A stretch of 64,000 bases of DNA from Nemertoderma westbladi (Eukaryota > Animalia > Xenacoelomorpha). The position numbers and the translations under genes are program-made. The notes beneath the pieces were generated by a model. The model worked only from the letters and a program-made list of their open reading frames with translations. It ran no database searches and was not told the DNA's origin. Where the stretch lies: positions 120,407-184,406 of the forward strand of contig JAUCBJ010008126.1 of assembly GCA_032718475.1 (NCBI GenBank), read 5' to 3'. Positions 41,763 to 51,800 of the stretch are shown piece by piece; within the stretch, counting starts at the first letter, position 1; each line of letters begins with the position of its first letter.

Positions 41763-44700
41763 AGTGGTAATAGGGTTAAAGATACGGATGATTAAGCAAA
41801 AGTCATGGGTGATAGTGAGTTGTGGAGGCACAATTTAGTCGATAAGCCGGCACAGCATTCTTAATATATATGTAATATATATAACGCAGCTGCAATCATC
41901 CCGATAGAAGTAGTTAAATAAAACAAGGCGGTTTACCCAATTGGCAGCTATTTTAGAAGCAGATGTTTATGTTAGTTTAACAGTAAGTTATTCGGTTATA
42001 CCGGCGTTCACTCTGAACGTATTCTTTCCGATTTTATTGAAACTTACCTGTTTTCAATCGGTGCCGGTCCGCATGTTGCTATTCTCGGCTAGTTTTGCGC
42101 ATTGGTGATAATCGCATGTGTTGCAATTGACCTTTGGTTTGCTAATATATTGTTTATCGGTATTGCTGTTGTTTACCAATCTACTGTATTGCTTGTTTTT
42201 ATATCTACCTTATATCTTCAAACTATATCGTCAGCTCCGTAAGTATTAAATATATTATTATTATTAGTAGAGTACCGGTATTAGTTTGTTAGATTTTGAT
42301 AAACTATAGGTCTACTTTCAATTAATATTTAATATTGCAAGTCATACTTATTTTAGTCTGTAATTGGTCGTTCCTAAACATTGATAAAAATATATTATAA
42401 CTATATTTTTAAAATATATGTTTTTAATATTAAAATCTTAAAAATATAAAAATATATTGATTTTCTGACTCGAATACGAAAATACCATTAAAATATGAAT
42501 CACTTCAATTTAAAACGATTTATTATTTGACCCCCCTAGGCCCCCAAATGCTGGAGTGCTCGGTGGTTAGTCAATGTCTGGGGATGTTTTTCGTTTGTAT
42601 TTATTGCAAGTTACACAGCGAAACTAGCCGCATTCATGGCTGGCTTCTACATTCACACACAGGTGGAAAACATCTATATTTTGGTGGGAGATGTAAGTAT
42701 TGCATTCTAGAAGATTTTACATCTGTTATTGTATATTTTTTATACCAAAATTGCAACACCGGTGTAGTTCAGCAGCGAACGTATTGAAATGCGTTAGTTA
42801 ATAATAGTACACATTACGCATTATAACTTTAGATAGACAACAACATATCAGCACACATTGCATCTTTATATTACAATTAGAGTTGACAGGTATGCCTTCA
42901 CATTGCAGTTCTAGGTGATTAAATTTACAATTAATTACCTGTATTAATTTTGAATACAGTATATTTTTGAACAAAATATTTAAATAGACTAATATAATTA
43001 ATATTAACGGATCAATCATACTATTTAATGAATACGGAATGCGCTTGTTTTATAAAATAATTCCGAGTTTAGTTGGACCAGCATGGCAACTAAGTCGGTG
43101 ATGGGTCATCGAGTATGAAAGTAGTAGTATATCCTGTATTAATTAATTGTGAATCTACACAAAGTTCCAAACGTTCGTATTTTATTAACTATTGATAGTT
43201 GGTTTATTAATTAATAGCTACCAGGCTCCAGTATCATCGACCTTCATTCTATTATATCTGGGCTATTACAGCACTACTAATAGTACAATTCTAGTTAACT
43301 TTCTAATGATTTTTTTAATTAAGGGCAAATATTACTATTATGATTATTTTATCTATTCGTGATTTTTTTAAATTATGAAATGTTCCAAGAAAATATTGAC
43401 ACTATTTTGTCCTATAAATTATAACTCATGTCCTATCATTTCTTATACTTTATTGTTTAATATAATAATTGAATATCGTTGATTTTTCTAGCTTTCCAAA
43501 GATCCGTACAAAGACGGTAGGTTGCGAATAGGTACCGTGACGGGAAGCAGTACAGACAGTTATATTCAACAGAACTTCGAGTTCCTCTACCACTACATGC
43601 AAGAGTACAATAAACCATTAATCAGTGATCTCGTCCAAGGACTCAAGTGAGTACCACTTTATTCATTAAGCACTAAGCCATGGTCTCAAATGAGTACCAC
43701 ATTATTCATTAAGCACTCAGCCATGGTCTCAAGTGAGTACCACATTATTCATTAAGCACTCAGCCATGGTTTCTAGTGAGTACCACATTATTCATTAAGC
43801 ACTCAGCCATGGTTTCTATTGAGTACCATATTATTCATTAAGCACTCAGCCATGGTTTCTAGTGAGTACCACATTATTCATTAAGCACTCAGCCATGGTT
43901 TCTAGTGAGTACCACATTTTTCATTAAGCACTCAGCCATGGTTTCTAATGAGTACCACATTATTCATTAAGCACTCAGCCATAGTTTCTAGTGAGTACCA
44001 CATTATTCATTAAGCACTCAGCCATTGTTTATAGTGAGTACCACATTATTAATTAAGCACTCAGCCATGGTTTCTATTGAGTACCACATTATTCATTAAG
44101 CACTCAGCCATGGTTTCTAGTGAGTACCACATTATTCATTAAGCACTCAGCCATGGTTTCTAGTGAGTACCACATTATTCATTTAGCACTCAGCCATGGT
44201 TTATAGTGAGTACCACATTATTCATTAAGCACTCAGCCATGGTTTCTATTGAGTACCACATTATTCATTAAGCACTCATCCATGGTTTCTAGTGAGTACC
44301 ACATTATTCATTAAGCACTCAGCCATGGTTTCTAGTGAGTACCACATTATTCATTAAGCACTCAGCCATGGTCTCAAATGAGTACCACATTATTCATTAA
44401 GCACTCAGCCATGGTCTCAAGTGAGTACCACATTATTCATTAAGCACTCAGCCATGGTTTCTAGTGAGTACCACATTATTCATTAAGCACTCAGCCATGG
44501 TTTCTATTGAGTACCACATTATTCATTAAGCACTCAGCCATGGTTTCTAGTGAGTACCACATTATTCATTAAGCACTCAGCCATGGTTTCTAGTGAGTAC
44601 CACATTTTTCATTAAGCACTCAGCCATGGTTTCTAATGAGTACCACATTATTCATTAAGCACTCAGCCATAGTTTCTAGTGAGTACCACATTATTCATTA

Positions 44701-46720
44701 AGCACTCAGCCATTGTTTATAGTGAGTACCACATTATTAATTAAGCACTCAGCCATGGTTTCTATTGAGTACCACATTATTCATTAAGCACTCAGCCATG
44801 GTTTCTAGTGAGTACCACATTATTCATTTAGCACTCAGCCATGGTTTATAGTGAGTACCACATTATTCATTAAGCACTCAGCCATGGTTTCTATTGAGTA
44901 CCACATTATTCATTAAGCACTCATCCATGGTTTCTAGTGAGTACCACATTATTCATTAAGCACTCAGCCATGGTTTCTAGTGAGTACCACATTATTCATT
45001 AAGCACTCAGCCATGGTTTCTAGTGAGTACCACATTATTCATTAAGCACTCATCCATGGTTTCTAGTGAGTACCACATTATTCATTAAGCACTCAGCCAT
45101 GGTTTCTAGTGAGTACCACATTATTCATTAAGCACTCAGCCATGGTTTCTAGTGAGTACCACATTATTCATTAAGCACTCAGCCATGGTTTCTAGTGAGT
45201 ACCACATTATTCATTAAGCACTCAGCCATAGTTTCTAGTGAGTACCACATTATTCATTAAGCACTCAGCCATGGTTTCTATTGAGTACCACATTATTCAT
45301 TAAGCACTCAGCCATGGTTTCTAGTGAGTACCACATTATTCATTAAGCACTCGGCCATGGTTTCTAGTGAGTACCACATTATTCATTAAGCACTCAGCCA
45401 TGGTTTCTAGTGAGTACCACATTATTCATTAAGCACTCAGCCATGGTTTCTAGTGAGTACCACATTATTCATTAAGCACTCAGCCATGGTTTCTAGTGAG
45501 TACCACATTATTCATTAAGCACTCAGCCATGGTTTCTATTGAGTACCACATTATTCATTAAGCACTCAGCCATGATTTCTAGTGAGTACCACATTGTTCA
45601 TTAAGCACTCAGCCATGGTTTCTAGTGAATACCACATTATTCATTAAGCACTCAGCCATGGTTTCTAGTGAGTACCACATTATTCATTAAGCACTCAGCC
45701 ATGGTTTCTAGTGAGTACCACATTATTCATTAAGCACTCAGCCATGGTTTCTAGTGAGTACCACATTATTCAGTAAGCACTCAGCCATGGTTTCTAGTGA
45801 GTACCACATTATTCATTAAGCACTCAGCCATGGTTTCTAGTGAGTACCACATTATTCATTAAGCACTCAGCCATGGTTTCTATTGAGTACCACATTATTC
45901 ATTAAGCACTCAGCCATGGTTTCTAGTGAGTACCACATTATTCATTAAGTACTCAGCCATGGTTTCTATTGAGTACCACATTATTCATTAAGCACTCAGC
46001 CATGGTTTCTAGTGAGTACCACATTATTCATTAAGCACTCAGCCATGGTTTATATTGAGTACCACATTATTCAGTAAGCACTCAGCCATGGTTTCTAGTG
46101 AGTACCACATTATTCATTAAGCACTCAGCCATGGTTTCTAGTGAGTACCACATTATTCATTTAGCACTTAGCCATGGTTTCTATTGAGTACCACATTATT
46201 CATTAAGCACTCAGCCATGGTTTCTATTGAGTACCACATTATTCATTAAGCACAGCCATGGTTTCTAGCGAGTACCACATTATTCATTAGCAAAGGCCTT
46301 AACATTTTCTATTTTATTTTGTCTAATTATAATTGTAAATAATTACAAATAAATGATGGAGTCGTTAAAAAATTTTACAGACTCCGAATTCAAAATTCCG
46401 CATTATTTAAACCAAAATGATGGTTTCTTCATTAAAAAATGGGGGGGGGGGGGGGGTATGTTCAATGATTCTTAAAGCTGTGGGACAAAGGAGAGGGAGA
46501 TTTCAAACAATTGAGTGAGATGCATTATTCAGACTGTTGTTATAAATGTAGGAGTAATTGGATACCTTGTCTTGTGTTTCCAGGGGCAACGACAGTCATC
46601 CAAGCACGTTGGATATGTTTATATACGATAATCCAATAATCACGCACGAGGTGGCCACAGATCCCGAGTGTGTTCTACGTTCGGTTGGTGCGCCGTTCGG
46701 TGGTGAGGGTTACGGGATAG
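30468..46720 (+). CDS. NMDA-type ionotropic glutamate receptor, GluN3 (GRIN3)-like; partial multi-exon gene
   Basis: GT-AG exons with compatible phases give the ATD end, S1, M1-M2, M3 and S2. GluN3-like hallmarks: CLDPKT, EWxSPYGLHPxGRNR, PKCW, EVATDPECVLRSVGAPFGGEGYGIG. Orthology not tested. Confidence 0.9.
30963..31106 (+). CDS. iGluR exon (ATD)
   Basis: TTTCAG acceptor; YEMSVEIFSGAV...GEQLY(K); donor AA|GTTAGT; phase 2/2. Confidence 0.75.
32372..32495 (+). CDS. iGluR exon (ATD)
   Basis: TTGCAG acceptor; FMIDDNVQG...FSSTGD...FNIVNL; donor ACA|GTGAGT; phase 2/0. Confidence 0.8.
34018..34254 (+). CDS. iGluR exon (ATD end, start of S1)
   Basis: WREIG...IMWPG...LKVV...PF...CLDPKTHDKE; 237 nt; phase 0/0. 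Confidence 0.88.
34440..34515 (+). mobile_element. Possible hAT-like transposon terminus in an intron
   Basis: TAGGG start followed by clustered CCGG motifs; partner end not found. Confidence 0.35.
35099..35282 (+). CDS. iGluR exon (S1)
   Basis: KCCTGLMVDMLKRFEQDLDGFEFSLYMVEGEKPG; phase 0/1. Confidence 0.9.
35440..35639 (+). CDS. iGluR exon (S1 to pre-M1)
   Basis: GKWDGMMQDLIAGTADL...FSITHKRNEFIDFTTPF...FLKPLDWQ; phase 1/0. Confidence 0.95.
37165..37446 (+). mobile_element. tRNA-derived SINE
   Basis: A-box TGGTGTAGTGG (37173-37183), B-box GGTTCGATCC (37216-37225), central TAAATGAGTAC motif, (TTTAC)n tail. Second partial copy at 30181. Confidence 0.75.
38862..39038 (+). CDS. iGluR M1-M2 pore-loop exon, copy A (Asn at Q/R/N site)
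   Basis: AATAG acceptor; VWLLILCSIHFVALAMTTFEWASPYGLHPGGRNRSATFSLPSGLTHTWSLLLNHSFPSK; AAG|GT donor; 177 nt. Confidence 0.92.
39625..39801 (+). CDS. iGluR M1-M2 pore-loop exon, copy B (Ser at Q/R/N site)
   Basis: GTTAG acceptor; VWLLILVSIHCVAMAMAAFEWMSPYGLHPWGRNRLATFSFPSALTHTWSLLLSHTYPSK; AAG|GT donor; 177 nt. Confidence 0.92.
40232..41915 (+). mobile_element. RTE 3' fragment (same family as 18578-19936) split by a TTAA element
   Basis: 40232-40328 and 41776-41915 together are collinear with ~19715-19935. Confidence 0.8.
40329..41775. mobile_element. piggyBac-like non-autonomous element (TTAA TSD)
   Basis: TIR CCCTATTACCACTGG at both ends; TTAA at 40325-40328 and 41776-41779; internal ~175-180-bp repeats in direct and inverted orientation; no transposase. 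Confidence 0.85.
42540..42692 (+). CDS. iGluR M3 exon
   Basis: APKCWSARWLVNVWGCFSFVFIASYTAKLAAFMAG...; donor GAT|GTAAGT; phase 0/0. Confidence 0.93.
43492..43646 (+). CDS. iGluR exon (S2)
   Basis: LRIGTVTGSSTDSYIQQNFEFLYHYMQEYN...GL(K); donor AA|GTGAGT; phase 0/2. Confidence 0.93.
43635..46290 (+). repeat. 43-bp minisatellite seeded at a 5' splice site, ~61 copies
   Basis: Unit GTGAGTACCACATTATTCATTAAGCACTCAGCCATGGTTTCTA starts at the donor at 43647. Higher-order 688-bp (16-unit) duplication: the GTCTCAAATGAG marker recurs at 43683 and 44371. Confidence 0.97.
46584..46720 (+). CDS. iGluR exon (S2)
   Basis: TTCCAG acceptor; LDMFIYDNPIITHEVATDPECVLRSVGAPFGGEGYGI(G); donor AG|GTGAGT; phase 2/1. 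Confidence 0.93.
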
Positions 46721-48858
46721 GTGAGTCAGCGTTCTACGTTCGGTTGGTGCGCCGTTCGGTGGTGAGGGTTACGGGATAGGTGAGTCAGCGTTCTACGTTC
46801 GGTTGGTGCGCCGTTCGGTGGTGAGGGTTACGGGATAGGTGAGTCAGCGTTCTACGTTCGGTTGGTGCGCCGTTCGGTGGTGAGGGTTACGGGATAGGTG
46901 AGTCAGCGTTCTACGTTCGGTTGGTGCGCCGTTCGGTGGTGAGGGTTACGGGATAGGTGAGTCAGCGTTCTACGTTCGGTTGGTGCGCCGTTCGGTGGTG
47001 AGGGTTACGGGATAAGTGAGTCAGCGTTCTACGTTCGGTTGGTGCGCCGTTCGGTGGTGAGGGTTACGGGATAGGTAAGTCAGCGTTCTACGTTCGGTTG
47101 GTGCGCCGTTCGGTGGTGAGGGTTACGGGATAGGTGAGTCAGCGTTCTACGTTCGGTTGGTGCGCCGTTCGGTGGTGAGGGTTACGGGATAGGTGAGTCA
47201 GCGTTCTACGTTCGGTTGGTGCGCCGTTCGGTGGTGAGGGTTACGGGATAGGTGAGTCAGCGTTCTACGTTCGGTTGGTGCGCCGTTCGGTGGTGAGGGT
47301 TACGGGATAGGTGAGTCAGCGTTCTACGTTCGGTTGGTGCGCCGTTCGGTGGTGAGGGTTACGGGATAGGTGAGTCAGCGTTCTACGTTCGGTTGGTTTG
47401 CCGTTCGGTGGTGAGGGTTACGGGATAGGTGAGTCAGCGTTCTACGTTCGGTTGGTGCGCCGTTCGGTGGTGAGGGTTACGGGATAGGTGAGTCAGCGTT
47501 CTACGTTCGGTTGGTGCGCCGTTCGGTGGTGAGGGTTACGGGATAGGTGAGTCAGCGTTCTACATTTGGTTGGTGCGCCGTTCGGTGGTGAGGGTTACGG
47601 GATAGGTGAGTCAGCGTTCTACGTTTGGTTGGTGCGCCGTTCGGTGGTGAGGGTTACGGGATAGGTGAGTCAGCGTTCTACGTTTGGTTGGTGCGCCGTT
47701 CGGTGGTGAGGGTTACGGGATAGGTGAGTCAGCGTTCTACGTTCGGTTGGTGCGTCGTTCGGTGGTGAGGGTTACGGGATAGGTGAGTCAGCGTTCTACG
47801 TTCGGTTGGTGCGCCGTTCGGTGGTGAGGGTTACGGGATAGGTGAGTCAGCGTTCTACGTTCGGTTAGTGCGCCTTTCGGTGGTGAGGGTTACGGGATAG
47901 GTGAGTCAGCGTTCTACGTTCGGTTGGTGCGCCGTTCGGTGGTGAGGGTTACGGGATAAGTGAGTCAGCGTTCTACGTTCGGTTGGTGCGCCGTTCGGTG
48001 GTGAGGGTTACGGGATAGGTGAGTCAGCGTTCTACGTTCGGTTGGTGCGCCGTTCGGTGGTGAGGGTTACGGGATAAGTGAGTCAGCGTTCTACGTTCGG
48101 TTGGTGCGCCGTTCGGTGGTGAGGGTTACGGGATAGGTAAGTCAGCGTTCTACGTTCGGTTGGTGCGCCGTTCGGTGGTGAGGGTTACGGGATAGGTGAG
48201 TCAGCGTTCTACGTTCGGTTGGTGCGCCGTTCGGTGGTGAGGGTTACGGGATAGGTGAGTCAGCGTTCTACGTTCGGTTGGTTTGCCGTTCGGTGGTGAG
48301 GGTTACGGGATAGGTGAGTCAGCGTTCTACGTTCGGTTGGTGCGCCGTTCGGTGGTGAGGGTTACGGGATAGGTGAGTCAGCGTTCTACGTTCGGTTGGT
48401 GCGCCGTTCGGTGGTGAGGGTTACGGGATAGGTGAGTCAGCGTTCTACATTTGGTTGGTGCGCCGTTCGGTGGTGAGGGTTACGGGATAGGTGAGTCAGC
48501 GTTCTACGTTTGGTTGGTGCGCCGTTCGGTGGTGAGGGTTACGGGATAGGTGAGTCAGCGTTCTACGTTTGGTTGGTGCGCCGTTCGGTGGTGAGGGTTA
48601 CGGGATAGGTGAGTCAGCGTTCTACGTTCGGTTGGTGCGCCGTTCGGTGGTGAGGGTTACGGGATAGGTGAGTCAGCGTTCTACGTTCGGTTGGTGCGCC
48701 GTTCGGTGGTGAGGGTTACGGGATAGGTGAGTCAGCGTTCTACGTTTGGTTGGTGCGCCGTTCGGTGGTGAGGGTTACGGGATAGGTGAGTCAGCGTTCT
48801 ACGTTCGGTTGGTGCGCCGTTCGGTGGTGAGGGTTACGGGATAGGTGAGTCAGCGTTC
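46672..48858 (+). repeat. 59-bp exon-intron junction minisatellite, left block, ~37 copies
   Basis: Unit = last 49 nt of exon 46584-46720 plus the first 10 nt of the intron (GTGAGTCAGC). Confidence 0.98.
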
Positions 48859-51800
48859 TGATAGGATCGTACTGGACTCTATACTGTATAATGGTGGCGG
48901 TCAATATAATAATTATATATAGATATTGTTAATGACGTATGTGCTGGGTTGTCTTACCGGAAGTAGCCTAATCGTTGCCTAATACTTACTGTAAATATAC
49001 TGACTGCATGTAGGCCTTGATAAAGTCAGACCCTTATTTCTGATACCGTTCGTCCGTGTCCAGTTGGACCATTACGCTACACACACACACATCATGGCGC
49101 AGTGTTAACTGAATATTGTGTGGTTAGCTATAAATTTATAAAATGGACGATCAGGTAAACGTCTCGCGTTTAAAGAAAAGCCACACCGGATATAAAGCAA
49201 ATTATTCCAGACTGCGGAATCAACTAAACTCTTTGATCCAGCAAGTAAACGTCCTCGCCCCAGACGAGCGTCCACTGGCATTAACTGACGACATTCAAAG
49301 ACTTAAAGGTATGTTAGAAGTCTCCTCCGAAAAACTTGGAGACTCATTGCAGTTAATGCTCGATAACGATGTCGATTGTACGGTAGAGGAAACTGTGTAC
49401 GATAACATTACAGTTGAACTGACCGGTTTAAGATTGTCCGTGATAAAGATTCTCGGTGAAATCCCGAAACTCCCTACCGGTATACAAAACCCCAACGCGC
49501 AGATAGGAAACGTTACCCAGCACGGAACCGGGATTGGCGTAAAGTCAGACAATGCGCCCCGTGCTACGGTGAATAAACCTCCTATAATCGATCAGGATAT
49601 CGATATTAAACGGTTTAATCGTTGGCGAGTTTCATGGTGTAATTACGCCAAGATTATAAAACTACAACTTCAGCCAAGAGACGAACAGATCTCCGCATTC
49701 TTCGGATACTGCAGCCCTGCGTTACTTTCTAAACTGCAGTACGTCGTCGAGATACCACAGAACACGGTATTAACCCTTGAGGAAGTGTTCGACAAATTCG
49801 AAAACTATCTAAAAGGGAGGCAAAATATTGCACTCGACAGATGGGAACTCACAACGTGTAAACAACAAGAATGCGAAACATTCGACAATTATTATACTCG
49901 ATTGTGCGAAATGGCTGAGACTGCGGGTCTTCGCGGGATGCGAGAAGACGAGTGGATATCAACGTTGATTACAGTGGGAATAAACGACGAGGAGATCCGG
50001 CAAGATCTCCTCGCGAAGTCCCCAGCACTGGACCATAAAGAAACAGTACTCTTCTGTCGCAGTGAAGAGGCTGCGCGAAGCCACTTAAGGAGAATGAAAA
50101 TCTCGAGATCTGAAAGTTCAGATTATTCCTCAGCGGCGGCTACGAGCGAGACATCGAGATCACGTCAGCGTTGTAATAATAAGGGATATCAATTCCGAAA
50201 AAGATCGCAATCTAGAAACCAACAGTCTAACGACGATAAATGTATGCGTTGTGGCTATGACAAACACGGGCAGGGTAAATTCTGCCCAGCACAGGGTAAA
50301 ACGTGCAGCAAATGTAAAAAACGAAACCATTTTGCCCAAGTTTGCACATCTAAAGTGAATAAATCCGCAGCAGTTGTGAGTAATGACAGTACATCTGCTG
50401 CTATCCATGTGGCATCTTGCGTTTTTAATAAACGATGTGCAGTTGAAGTGAATTTGTCCTATGATGGACAGCACTGTTGCCAAATGGATGCAATCCCAGA
50501 TACAGGCTCAGATCGTACTGTATGTGGAGTACAATTAGCTGATAAGTTGAAAATTGACATATCCAATTTTCTAGAACCGTCTAGTGACAACTTATTGAAC
50601 ATAAATGGTAATTCTATTAAACAAATAGGACAACTCTCCTTATTAATAAAACTAGAAGGGCAAGAAATCAGAGATGTCATTACTGTATGTGAAGGTGTGA
50701 CGTCACTATATTTGTCATTGAAAGTGTGCAAAGCATTACGTCTAATCCATGAAAACTGGCCCAAACCACTTCCCCCAATTTATTTTGGTCAGGAATTAAA
50801 TTATCAGAGTTGTTCACTTAAAACACAAGTTGATAAAATTAAAGTTGTGTTCAAACAGAGAGAACGGGAAAATTGGATTTTAAATTTACCAGAAAATCCA
50901 TCTGATAATGAGAAAGGGGAAGTACACAGAAAACTGTCATCAGTTTACTGTTCGGTTTTCGACTGCAAAACGGAATTAAAAACAATGTGTGGGAAAACTA
51001 TTGGTGATCCTATGAAAATTGAACTGAAAGAAAATTTTACACCTTTTGCAATTCATGCGGCGAGAAAAATTCCTTTTGCAAAACGAAATGAAGTAAAAAC
51101 TGAACTCGATTATCTTGTAGAGAAGGGTATAATCGAGCCAGTGGGAGATCGGCCAACAGAGTGGTGCCACCCTTTAGTTGTGGCACCCAAACCGGACGGT
51201 GGTATCAGAGTGTGTGTAGACTTGACAAATTTAAATAAACAAGTCAAACGGGTAGTACACCCGAGTAATTCACCCTATGAAGTCGTGTCGGAAATCGCCC
51301 CAGAATCCAAATATTTTACAACTTTGGACGCAAAAACTGCTTATTGGCAAGTTTTATTGGATCCAGCAGCCCGCGACTTAACTTGTTTCATAACACCATG
51401 GGGACGGTTTATATTCAACCGAGCTCCAATGGGTTACATAAGTACGGGTGACTCATATAATCTACGTGCTGATATGGCGCTAAGAGGTATAGACAATATT
51501 CATAAGCTGGTAGACGGCATGGTAATTGCAGATAAAGATTTTAAATCCCATGTTGGCCGTATTTGTGAAGTTCTAGAACGTTGTGCTCAGTATAATATCA
51601 CCATTCATCCCAATAAATTTAATTTCGCACTGTGCGAAGTTAAATTTGGTGGGTATATTGTATCACAGGAAGGTACGAAGGCTGATCCCGAAAAAATCAG
51701 CGCTATAACTAACTTTCCTGCTCCCACCAATCGCACTGAACTACGTTCTTTTATGGGCCTAGTTCAACAACTAGCGCGATTCTCAAATGAAATAAGTGAA

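Noticed and set aside
46558-46779. 73-aa stand-alone ORF
   Set aside because: It is the S2 exon read through flanking intron into the first repeat unit.
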